Origin: Auanema rhodensis
Taxonomy: Eukaryota > Animalia > Nematoda
Length of the DNA: 64,000 nt
Assembly (NCBI GenBank): GCA_964057225.1
Contig: OZ059897.1
Location: 17,360,001-17,424,000, forward strand
Direction of reading: 5' to 3'
The translations under genes were made by a program, and so were the position numbers. The notes under the pieces are model-generated. The model was not told where the DNA came from. It did not search any database and was given only the letters and a program-made list of their open reading frames with translations. Numbering within the stretch: the stretch's first letter is position 1; the number at the start of each line of letters is the position of its first letter. Positions 1 through 12,633 of this stretch are shown piece after piece.

Positions 1-176
1 ATCTCTTTATCTTTCACGGGAAGCGAGATACATACCGAGTGCACATCGCGTGTACATTTAATTAGCATAAATTAAAGTTCACGTACATTTCAAAGTCATG
101 GTTGCCATGCACCAATATCAATAAAAATTTGGTTTTAGACTAATATGGATATGGGGAATCTAATTTTGAAAACCGC
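1..176 (+). repeat. Reference monomer (176 bp); monomer positions quoted elsewhere use this register
   Basis: Next ATCTCTTTAT after ...AACCGC begins at 177, then 353. Confidence 0.98.
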
Positions 177-3100
177 ATCTCTTTATCTTTCACGGGAAGC
201 GAGTTTCATACCAAGTGCACATCACGTGTACATTTAATTAGCATAAATTAAAGTTCACGTAAATTTCGAAGTCATGGTTACCATGCACTAATATCAATGA
301 AAATTTGGTTTTAGACTAATATGGATATGGGGAAACTAATTTTGAATACCGCATCTCTTTATCTTTCACGGGAAGCGAGTTTCATACCAAGTGCACATCA
401 CGTGTACATTTAATTAGCATAAATTAAAGTTCACGTAAATTTCGAAGTCATGGTTACCATGCACTAATATCAATGAAAATTTGGTTTTAGACTAATATGG
501 ATATGGGGAATCTAATTTTGAAAACCGCATCTTTTCATCTTTCACGGGAAGCGAGTTACATACCGAGTGCACATCGCGTGTACATTTAATTAGCATAAAT
601 TAAAGTTCACGTAAATTTCAAAGTCATGGTTACCATGCATCAATATCAATAAAATATTGTTTTTAGACTAATATGGACTTGGGGAATCTAATTTTGAAAA
701 CCGCAACTCTTTATCTTTCACGGGAAGCGAGTTTTATACCAAGTGCACATCACGTGTACATTTAATTAGCATAAATTAAAGTTCACGTAAATTTCAAAAT
801 CATGGTTACCATGCACCAATATCAATAAAAATTTGTTTTCAGACTAATATGGTCATGTGGAATCTAATTTTGAAAACCGCATCTCTTCATCTTTCACGGG
901 AAGCGAGTTACATACCAAGTACACATCACGTGTACATTTAATTAGCATAAATTAAAGTTCACGTAAATTTCAAAGTCATGGTTACCATGCACTAATATCA
1001 ATGAAAATTTGGTTTTAGACTAATATGGATATGGGGAATCCAATTTTGAAAACCGCATCTTTTCATCTTTCACGGGAAGCGAGTTACATACCAAGGGCAC
1101 ATCACGTGTACATTTAATTAGCATAAATTGAAGTTCACGTAAATTTCAAAGTCATGGTTACCATGCACCAATATCAATAAAAATTTGTTTTTAGACTAAT
1201 ATAGACATGGGGAACCTAATTTTGAAAATCGCATCTCTTTATCTTTCACGGGAAGCGAGTTTCATACAAGTGCACATCACGTGTACATTTAATTAGCATA
1301 AATTGAAGTTCACGTGAATTTCAAAGTCATGGTTACCATGCACCAATATGAATAAGAATTTGTTTTTAGACTAATGTGGACATGGGGAATCTAATTTTGA
1401 AAACCGCATCTCTTTATCTTTCACGGGAAGCGAGATACATACCGAGTGCACATCGCGTGTACATTTAATTAGCATAAATTAAAGTTCACGTACATTTCAA
1501 AGTCATGGTTGCCATGCACCAATATCAATAAAAATTTGGTTTTAGACTAATATGGATATGGGGAATCTAATTTTGAAAACCGCATCTCTTTATCTTTCAC
1601 GGGAAGCGAGTTTCATACCAAGTGCACATCACGTGTACATTTAATTAGCATAAATTAAAGTTCACGTAAATTTCGAAGTCATGGTTACCATGCACTAATA
1701 TCAATGAAAATTTGGTTTTAGACTAATATGGATATGGGGAATCTAACTTTGAATACCGCATCTCTTTATCTTTCACGGGAAGCGAGTTTCATACCAAGTG
1801 CACATCACGTGTACATTTAATTAGCATAAATTAAAGTTCACGTAAATTTCGAAGTCATGGTTACCATGCACTAATATCAATGAAAATTTGGTTTTAGACT
1901 AATATGGATATGGGGAATCTAATTTTGAAAACCGCATCTTTTCATCTTTCACGGGAAGCGAGTTACATACCGAGTGCACATTGCGTGTACATTTAATTAG
2001 CATAAATTAAAGTTCACGTAAATTTCAAAGTCATGGTTACCATGCATCAATATCAATAAAATATTGTTTTTAGACTTATATGGACTTGGGGAATCTAATT
2101 TTGAAAACCGCAACTCTTTATCTTTCACGGGAAGCGAGTTTTATACCAAGTGCACATCACGTGTACATTTAATTAGCATAAATTAAAGTTCACGTAAATT
2201 TCAAAATCATGGTTACCATGCACCAATATCAATAAAAATTTGTTTTCAGACTAATATGGTCATGTGGAATCTAATTTTGAAAACCGCATCTCTTCATCTT
2301 TCACGGGAAGCGAGTTACATACCAAGTACACATCACGTGTACATTTAATTAGCATAAATTAAAGTTCACGTACATTTCAAAGTCATGGTTACCATGCACC
2401 AATATCAATAAAAATTTGTTTTCAGACTAATATGGTCATGTGGAATCCAATTTTGAAAACCGCATCTTTTCATCTTTCACGGGAAGCGAGTTACATACCA
2501 AGGGCACATCACGTGTACATTTAATTAGCATAAATTGAAGTTCACGTAAATTTCAAAGTCATGGTTACCATGCACCAATATCAATAAAAATTTGTTTTTA
2601 GACTAATATAGACATGGGGAACCTAATTTTGAAAATCGCATCTCTTTATCTTTCACGGGAAGCGAGTTTCATACAAGTGCACATCACGTGTACATTTAAT
2701 TAGCATAAATTGAAGTTCACGTGAATTTCAAAGTCATGGTTACCATGCACCAATATGAATAAGAATTTGTTTTTAGACTAATGTGGACATGGGGAATCTA
2801 ATTTTGAAAACCGCATCTCTTTATCTTTCACGGGAAGCGAGATACATACCGAGTGCACATCGCGTGTACATTTAATTAGCATAAATTAAAGTTCACGTAA
2901 ATTTCAAAGTCATGGTTGCCATGCACCAATATCAATAAAAATTTGGTTTTAGACTAATATGGATATGGGGAATCTAATTTTGAAAACCGCATCTCTTTAT
3001 CTTTCACGGGAAGCGAGTTTCATACCAAGTGCACATCACGTGTACATTTAATTAGCATAAATTAAAGTTCACGTAAATTTCAAAGTCATGGTTACCATGC

Positions 3101-4573
3101 ACCAATATGAATAAGAATTTGTTTTTAGACTAATGTGGACATGGGGAATCTAATTTTGAAAACCGCATCTTTTCATCTTTCACGGGAAGCGAGATACATA
3201 CCGAGTGCACATCGCGTGTACATTTAATTAGCATAAATTAAAGTTCACGTACATTTCAAAGTCATGGTTGCCATGCACCAATATCAATAAAAATTTGGTT
3301 TTAGACTAATATGGATATGGGGAATCTAATTTTGAAAACCGCATCTCTTTATCTTTCACGGGAAGCGAGTTTCATACCAAGTGCACATCACGTGTACATT
3401 TAATTAGCATAAATTAAAGTTCACGTAAATTTCGAAGTCATGGTTACCATGCACTAATATCAATGAAAATTTGGTTTTAGACTAATATGGATATGGGGAA
3501 TCTAACTTTGAATACCGCATCTCTTTATCTTTCACGGGAAGCGAGTTTCATACCAAGTGCACATCACGTGTACATTTAATTAGCATAAATTAAAGTTCAC
3601 GTAAATTTCGAAGTCATGGTTACCATGCACTAATATCAATGAAAATTTGGTTTTAGACTAATATGGATATGGGGAATCTAATTTTGAAAACCGCATCTTT
3701 TCATCTTTCACGGGAAGCGAGTTACATACCGAGTGCACATTGCGTGTACATTTAATTAGCATAAATTAAAGTTCACGTAAATTTCAAAGTCATGGTTACC
3801 ATGCATCAATATCAATAAAATATTGTTTTTAGACTTATATGGACTTGGGGAATCTAATTTTGAAAACCGCAACTCTTTATCTTTCACGGGAAGCGAGTTT
3901 TATACCAAGTGCACATCACGTGTACATTTAATTAGCATAAATTAAAGTTCACGTAAATTTCAAAATCATGGTTACCATGCACCAATATCAATAAAAATTT
4001 GTTTTCAGACTAATATGGTCATGTGGAATCTAATTTTGAAAACCGCATCTCTTCATCTTTCACGGGAAGCGAGTTACATACCAAGTACACATCACGTGTA
4101 CATTTAATTAGCATAAATTAAAGTTCACGTAAATTTCAAAGTCATGGTTACCATGCACTAATATCAATGAAAATTTGGTTTTAGACTAATATGGATATGG
4201 GGAATCCAATTTTGAAAACCGCATCTTTTCATCTTTCACGGGAAGCGAGTTACATACCAAGGGCACATCACGTGTACATTTAATTAGCATAAATTGAAGT
4301 TCACGTAAATTTCAAAGTCATGGTTACCATGCACCAATATCAATAAAAATTTGTTTTTAGACTAATATAGACATGGGGAACCTAATTTTGAAAATCGCAT
4401 CTCTTTATCTTTCACGGGAAGCGAGTTTCATACAAGTGCACATCACGTGTACATTTAATTAGCATAAATTGAAGTTCACGTGAATTTCAAAGTCATGGTT
4501 ACCATGCACCAATATGAATAAGAATTTGTTTTTAGACTAATGTGGACATGGGGAATCTAATTTTGAAAACCGC
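1..4573 (+). repeat. 8-mer HOR, 1407 bp (A-B-B-C-D-E-F-G); copies at 1-1407, 1408-2814 and 3167-4573, with a truncated 2-mer at 2815-3166
   Basis: GAGATA-marked A monomers start at 1, 1408, 2815, 3167, 4574. 1407 = 7x176+175 (G has CATACAAG, a 1-bp deletion). Markers GAATACC, GCAACT, CAAGGG and ACCTAA recur in order. Confidence 0.93.
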
Positions 4574-6682
4574 ATCTCTTTATCTTTCACGGGAAGCGAG
4601 ATACATACCGAGTGCACATCGCGTGTACATTTAATTAGCATAAATTAAAGTTCACGTAAATTTCAAAGTCATGGTTGCCATGCACCAATATCAATAAAAA
4701 TTTGGTTTTAGACTAATATGGATATGGGGAATCTAATTTTGAAAACCGCATCTCTTTATCTTTCACGGGAAGCGAGTTTCATACCAAGTGCACATCACGT
4801 GTACATTTAATTAGCATAAATTAAAGTTCACGTAAATTTCAAAGTCATGGTTACCATGCACCAATATCAATAAAAATTTGTTTTTAGACTAATATGGATA
4901 TGGGGAATCTAATTTTGAAAACCGCATCTTTTCATCTTTCACGGGAAGCGAGTTTTATACCAAGTGCACATCACGTGTACATTTAATTAGCATAAATTGA
5001 AGTTCACGTAAATTTCAAAGTCATGGTTACCATGCACCAATATCAATAAAAATTTGTTTTTAGACTAATATAGACATGGGGAACCTAATTTTGAAAATCG
5101 CATCTCTTTATCTTTCACGGGAAGCGAGTTTCATACAAGTGCACATCACGTGTACATTTAATTAGCATAAATTGAAGTTCACGTGAATTTCAAAGTCATG
5201 GTTACCATGCACCAATATGAATAAGAATTTGTTTTTAGACTAATGTGGACATGGGGAATCTAATTTTGAAAACCGCATCTCTTCATCTTTCACGGGAAGC
5301 GAGTTACATACCAAGTACACATCACGTGTACATTTAATTAGCATAAATTAAAGTTCACGTAAATTTCAAAGTCATGGTTACCATGCACCAATATCAATAA
5401 AAATTTGTTTTCAGACTAATATGGTCATGTGGAATCTAATTTTGAAAACCGCATCTCTTCATCTTTCACGGGAAGCGAGTTACATACCAAGTACACATCA
5501 CGTGTACATTTAATTAGCATAAATTAAAGTTCACGTAAATTTCAAAGTCATGGTTACCATGCACTAATATCAATGAAAATTTGGTTTTAGACTAATATGG
5601 ATATGGGGAATCCAATTTTGAAAATCGCATCTCTTTATCTTTCACGGGAAGCGAGTTTCATACAAGTGCACATCACGTGTACATTTAATTAGCATAAATT
5701 GAAGTTCACGTGAATTTCAAAGTCATGGTTACCATGCACCAATATGAATAAGAATTTGTTTTTAGACTAATGTGGACATGGGGAATCTAATTTTGAAAAC
5801 CGCATCTCTTTATCTTTCACGGGAAGCGAGATACATACCGAGTGCACATCGCGTGTACATTTAATTAGCATAAATTAAAGTTCACGTAAATTTCAAAGTC
5901 ATGGTTGCCATGCACCAATATCAATAAAAATTTGGTTTTAGACTAATATGGATATGGGGAATCTAATTTTGAAAACCGCATCTCTTTATCTTTCACGGGA
6001 AGCGAGTTTCATACCAAGTGCACATCACGTGTACATTTAATTAGCATAAATTAAAGTTCACGTAAATTTCAAAGTCATGGTTACCATGCACCAATATCAA
6101 TAAAAATTTGTTTTTAGACTAATATGGATATGGGGAATCTAATTTTGAAAACCGCATCTTTTCATCTTTCACGGGAAGCGAGTTTTATACCAAGTGCACA
6201 TCACGTGTACATTTAATTAGCATAAATTGAAGTTCACGTAAATTTCAAAGTCATGGTTACCATGCACCAATATCAATAAAAATTTGTTTTTAGACTAATA
6301 TAGACATGGGGAACCTAATTTTGAAAATCGCATCTCTTTATCTTTCACGGGAAGCGAGTTTCATACAAGTGCACATCACGTGTACATTTAATTAGCATAA
6401 ATTGAAGTTCACGTGAATTTCAAAGTCATGGTTACCATGCACCAATATGAATAAGAATTTGTTTTTAGACTAATGTGGACATGGGGAATCTAATTTTGAA
6501 AACCGCATCTCTTTATCTTTCACGGGAAGCGAGATACATACCGAGTGCACATCGCGTGTACATTTAATTAGCATAAATTAAAGTTCACGTAAATTTCAAA
6601 GTCATGGTTGCCATGCACCAATATCAATAAAAATTTGGTTTTAGACTAATATGGATATGGGGAATCTAATTTTGAAAAGCGC
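4574..6682 (+). repeat. Shortened derivatives of the 8-mer: a 4-monomer block (703 bp) at 4574-5276 and 5804-6506
   Basis: A monomers at 4574, 5804 and 6507 (spacings 1230 and 703 bp), with the same A-B'-F'-G succession in both blocks. Confidence 0.82.
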
Positions 6683-7562
6683 ATCTCTTTATCTTTCACG
6701 GGAAGCGAGTTTCATACCAAGTGCACATCACGTGTACATTTAATTAGCATAAATTAAAGTTCACGTAAATTTCAAAGTCATGGTTACCATGCACCAATAT
6801 CAATAAAAATTTGTTTTTAGACTAATATGGATATGGGGAATCTAATTTTGAAAACCGCATCTTTTCATCTTTCACGGGAAGCGAGTTACATACCGAGTGC
6901 ACATCGCGTGTACATTTAATTAGCATAAATTAAAGTTCACGTAAATTTCAAAGTCATGGTTACCATGCAGCAATATCAATAAAATATTGTTTTTAGACTA
7001 ATATGGACTTGGGGAATCTAATTTTGAAAACCGCATCTCTTTATCTTTCACGGGAAGCGAGTTTCATACCAAGTGCACATCATGTGTACATTTAATTAGC
7101 ATAAATTAAAGTTCACGTAAATTTCGAAGTCATGGTTACCATGCACTAATATCAATGAAAATTTGGTTTTAGACTAATATGGATATGGGGAATCTAATTT
7201 TGAAAACTGCATCTCTTTATCTTTCACGGGAAGCGAGTTTCATACCAAGTGCACATCACGTGTACATTTAATTAGCATAAATTAAAGTTCACGTAAATTT
7301 CGAAGTCATGGTTACCATGCACTAATATCAATGAAAATTTGGTTTTAGACTAATATGGATATGGGGAATCTAATTTTGAAAACCGCATCTCTTTATCTTT
7401 CACGGGAAGCGAGTTTCATACCAAGTGCACATCACGTGTACATTTAATTAGCATAAATTAAAGTTCACGTAAATTTCGAAGTCATGGTTACCATGCACTA
7501 ATATCAATGAAAATTTGGTTTTAGACTAATATGGATATGGGGAATCTAATTTTGAAAACCGC

Positions 7563-10500
7563 ATCTTTTCATCTTTCACGGGAAGCGAGTTACATACCGA
7601 GTGCACATCGCGTGTACATTTAATTAGCATAAATTAAAGTTCACGTAAATTTCAAAGTCATGGTTACCATGCATCAATATCAATAAAATATTGTTTTTAG
7701 ACTTATATGGACTTGGGGAATCTAATTTTGAAAACCGCAACTCTTTATCTTTCACGGGAAGCGAGTTTTATACCAAGTGCACATCACGTGTACATTTAAT
7801 TAGCATAAATTAAAGTTCATGTAAATTTCAAAATCATGGTTACCATGCACCAATATCAATAAAAATTTGTTTTCAGACTAATATGGTCATGTGGAATCTA
7901 ATTTTGAAAACCGCATCTCTTCATCTTTCACGGGAAGCGAGTTACATACCAAGTACACATCACGTGTACACTTAATTAGCATAAATTAAAGTTCTTGTAA
8001 ATTTCAAAGTCATGGTTACCATGCACTAATATCAATGAAAATTTGGTTTTAGACTAATATGGATATGGGGAATCCAATTTTGAAAACCGCATCTTTTCAT
8101 CTTTCACGGGAAGCGAGTTACATACCGAGTGCACATCGCGTGTACATTTAATTAGCATAAATTAAAGTTCACGTAAATTTCAAAGTCATGGTTACCATGC
8201 ATCAATATCAATAAAATATTGTTTTTAGACTAATATGGACTTGGGGAATCTAATTTTGAAAACCGCAACTCTTTATCTTTCACGGGAAGCGAGTTTTATA
8301 CCAAGTGCACATCACGTGTACATTTAATTAGCATAAATTAAAGTTCACGTAAATTTCAAAATCATGGTTACCATGCACCAATATCAATAAAAATTTGTTT
8401 TCAGACTAATATGGTCATGTGGAATCTAATTTTGAAAACCGCATCTCTTTATCTTTCACGGGAAGCGAGTTTCATACCAAGTGCACATCACGTGTACATT
8501 TAATTAGCATAAATTAAAGTTCACGTAAATTTCGAAGTCATGGTTACCATGCACTAATATCAATGAAAATTTGGTTTTAGACTAATATGGATATGGGGAA
8601 TCTAATTTTGAAAACCGCATCTTTTCATCTTTCACGGGAAGCGAGTTACATACCGAGTGCACATCGCGTGTACATTTAATTAGCATAAATTAAAGTTCAC
8701 GTAAATTTCAAAGTCATGGTTACCATGCATCAATATCAATAAAATATTGTTTTTAGACTAATATGGACTTGGGGAATCTAATTTTGAAAACCGCAACTCT
8801 TTATCTTTCACGGGAAGCGAGTTTTATACCAAGTGCACATCACGTGTACATTTAATTAGCATAAATTAAAGTTCACGTAAATTTCAAAATCATGGTTACC
8901 ATGCACCAATATCAATAAAAATTTGTTTTCAGACTAATATGGTCATGTGGAATCTAATTTTGAAAACCGCATCTCTTCATCTTTCACGGGAAGCGAGTTA
9001 CATACCAAGTACACATCACGTGTACATTTAATTAGCATAAATTAAAGTTCACGTAAATTTCAAAGTCATGGTTACCATGCACTAATATCAATGAAAATTT
9101 GGTTTTAGACTAATATGGATATGGGGAATCTAATTTTGAAAACCGCATCTTTTCATCTTTCACGGGAAGCGAGTTACATACCAAGGGCACATCACGTGTA
9201 CATTTAATTAGCATAAATTGAAGTTCACGTAAATTTCAAAGTCATGGTTACCATGCACCAATATCAATAAAAATTTGTTTTTAGACTAATATAGACATGG
9301 GGAATCTAATTTTGAAAACCGCATCTTTTCATCTTTCACGGGAAGCGAGTTACATACCGAGTGCACATCGCGTGTACATTTAATTAGCATAAATTAAAGT
9401 TCACGTAAATTTCAAAGTCATGGTTACCATGCACTAATATCAATGAAAATTTGGTTTTAGACTAATATGGATATGGGGAATCTAATTTTGAAAACCGCAT
9501 CTTTTCATCTTTCACGGGAAGCGAGTTACATACCAAGGGCACATCACGTGTACATTTAATTAGCATAAATTGAAGTTCACGTAAATTTCAAAGTCATGGT
9601 TACCATGCACTAATATCAATGAAAATTTGGTTTTAGACTAATATGGATATGGGGAATCTAATTTTGAAAACTGCATCTCTTTATCTTTCACGGGAAGCGA
9701 GTTTCATACCAAGTGCACATCACGTGTACATTTAATTAGCATAAATTAAAGTTCACGAAAATTTCGAAGTCATGGTTACCATGCACTAATATCAATGAAA
9801 ATTTGGTTTTAGACTAATATGGATATGGGGAATCTAATTTTGAAAACCGCATCTCTTTATCTTTCACGGGAAGCGAGTTTCATACCAAGTGCACATCACG
9901 TGTACATTTAATTAGCATAAATTAAAGTTCACGTAAATTTCGAAGTCATGGTTACCATGCACTAATATCAATGAAAATTTGGTTTTAGACTAATATGGAT
10001 ATGGGGAATCTAATTTTGAAAACCGCATCTTTTCATCTTTCACGGGAAGCGAGTTACATACCGAGTGCACATCGCGTGTACATTTAATTAGCATAAATTA
10101 AAGTTCACGTAAATTTCAAAGTCATGGTTACCATGCATCAATATCAATAAAATATTGTTTTTAGACTAATATGGACTTGGGGAATCTAATTTTGAAAACC
10201 GCAACTCTTTATCTTTCACGGGAAGCGAGTTTTATACCAAGTGCACATCACGTGTACATTTAATTAGCATAAATTAAAGTTCACGTAAATTTCAAAATCA
10301 TGGTTACCATGCACCAATATCAATAAAAATTTGTTTTCAGACTAATATGGTCATGTGGAATCTAATTTTGAAAACCGCATCTCTTTATCTTTCACGGGAA
10401 GCGAGTTTCATACCAAGTGCACATCACGTGTACATTTAATTAGCATAAATTAAAGTTCACGTAAATTTCGAAGTCATGGTTACCATGCACTAATATCAAT

Positions 10501-11258
10501 GAAAATTTGGTTTTAGACTAATATGGATATGGGGAATCTAATTTTGAAAACCGCATCTTTTCATCTTTCACGGGAAGCGAGTTACATACCGAGTGCACAT
10601 CGCGTGTACATTTAATTAGCATAAATTAAAGTTCACGTAAATTTCAAAGTCATGGTTACCATGCATCAATATCAATAAAATATTGTTTTTAGACTAATAT
10701 GGACTTGGGGAATCTAATTTTGAAAACCGCAACTCTTTATCTTTCACGGGAAGCGAGTTTTATACCAAGTGCACATCACGTGTACATTTAATTAGCATAA
10801 ATTAAAGTTCACGTAAATTTCAAAATCATGGTTACCATGCACCAATATCAATAAAAATTTGTTTTCAGACTAATATGGTCATGTGGAATCTAATTTTGAA
10901 AACCGCATCTCTTCATCTTTCACGGGAAGCGAGTTACATACCAAGTACACATCACGTGTACATTTAATTAGCATAAATTAAAGTTCACGTAAATTTCAAA
11001 GTCATGGTTACCATGCACTAATATCAATGAAAATTTGGTTTTAGACTAATATGGATATGGGGAATCTAATTTTGAAAACCGCATCTTTTCATCTTTCACG
11101 GGAAGCGAGTTACATACCAAGGGCACATCACGTGTACATTTAATTAGCATAAATTGAAGTTCACGTAAATTTCAAAGTCATGGTTACCATGCACCAATAT
11201 CAATAAAAATTTGTTTTTAGACTAATATAGACATGGGGAATCTAATTTTGAAAATCGC
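7563..11258 (+). repeat. Trimer-based domain (C-D-E/B, 528-bp period) with the C-D-B-C-D-E-F block duplicated at 8091 and 10027
   Basis: C monomers followed by GCAACT-type D at 7563, 8091, 8619, 10027, 10555. No indels from 6507 to 11258 (27x176). Confidence 0.8.
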
Positions 11259-12488
11259 ATCTCTTTATCTTTCACGGGAAGCGAGTTTCATACAAGTGCA
11301 CATCACGTGTACATTTAATTAGCATAAATTGAAGTTCACGTGAATTTCAAAGTCATGGTTACCATGCACCAATATGAATAAGAATTTGTTTTTAGACTAA
11401 TGTGGACATGGGGAATCTAATTTTGAAAACCGCATCTCTTTATCTTTCACGGGAAGCGAGTTTCATACCAAGTGCACATCACGTGTACATTTAATTAGCA
11501 TAAATTAAAGTTCACGTAAATTTCAAAGTCATGGTTACCATGCACCAATATCAATAAAAATTTGTTTTTAGACTAATATGGATATGGGGAATCTAATTTT
11601 GAAAACCGCATCTTTTCATCTTTCACGGGAAGCGAGTTACATACCGAGTGCACATCGCGTGTACATTTAATTAGCATAAATTAAAGTTCACGTAAATTTC
11701 AAAATCATGGTTACCATGCATCAATATCAATAAAATATTGTTTTTAGACTAATATGGACTTGGGGAATCTAATTTTGAAAACCGCAACTCTTTATCTTTC
11801 ACGGGAAGCGAGTTTTATACCAAGTGCACATCACGTGTACATTTAATTAGCATAAATTAAAGTTCACGTAAATTTCAAAATCATGGTTACCATGCACCAA
11901 TATCAATAAAAATTTGTTTTCAGACTAATATGGTCATGTGGAATCTAATTTTGAAAACCGCATCTTTTCATCTTTCACGGGAAGCGAGTTACATACCGAG
12001 TGCACATCGCGTGTACATTTAATTAGCATAAATTAAAGTTCACGTAAATTTAAAATCATGGTTACCATGCACCAATATCAATAAAAATCTGTTTTTAGAC
12101 TAATATGGACTTGGGGAATCTAATTTTGAAAACCGCATCTCTTTATCTTTCACGGGAAGCGAGTTTCATACCAAGTGCACATCACGTGTACATTTAATTA
12201 GCATAAATTAAAGTTCACGTAAATTTCGAAGTCATGGTTACCATGCATCAATATCAATAAAATATTGTTTTTAGACTAATATGGACTTGGGGAATCTAAT
12301 TTTGAAAACCGCATCTCTTTATCTTTCACGGGAAGCGAGTTTCATACCAAGTGCACATCACGTGTACATTTAATTAGCATAAATTAAAGTTCACGTAAAT
12401 TTCGAAGTCATGGTTACCATGCACTAATATCAATGAAAATTTGGTTTTAGACTAATATGGATATGGGGAATCTAATTTTGAAAACCGC

Positions 12489-12633
12489 ATCTTTTCATCT
12501 TTCACGGGAAGCGAGTTACATACCGAGTGCACATCGCGTGTACATTTAATTAGCATAAATTAAAGTTCACATAAATTTCAAAGTCATGGTTACCATGCAC
12601 CAATATCAATAAAAATCCAATTTTGAGAACCGC
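12489..12633 (+). repeat. 145-bp deletion monomer, copy 1
   Basis: Junction ATAAAAATCCAATTTTGAGAACC; next monomer at 12634. Confidence 0.95.

Noticed and set aside
101-113. GTTRCCATG resembling an RFX X-box half site, and TTCACGGGAA (13-22) fitting a STAT-type TTC-N4-GAA site
   Set aside because: Short or half matches are expected by chance, and there is no gene context to regulate.
132-160. GTTTTAGAC resembles the start of type II-A CRISPR repeats (GTTTTAGAGC)
   Set aside because: There are no unique spacers, the entire 176-bp unit repeats, and there is no leader or cas gene.
1-176. Identity with known 171-178-bp satellites (Brassica CentBr, honeybee AluI, Arabidopsis CEN178, alpha satellite)
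   Set aside because: Only the length agrees. The consensus lacks AGCT/AAGCTT sites and the motifs I recall from those families; a database search is needed.
221-320. Budding-yeast point-centromere layout: ATCACGTG matches CDEI (RTCACRTG), with a TGTTTT-like motif about 78 bp downstream in many monomers
   Set aside because: The spacer is far below the >90% AT of CDEII, the essential CDEIII CCGAA core is missing, and point centromeres are not tandem arrays. The CACGTG E-box is real but function is unsupported.
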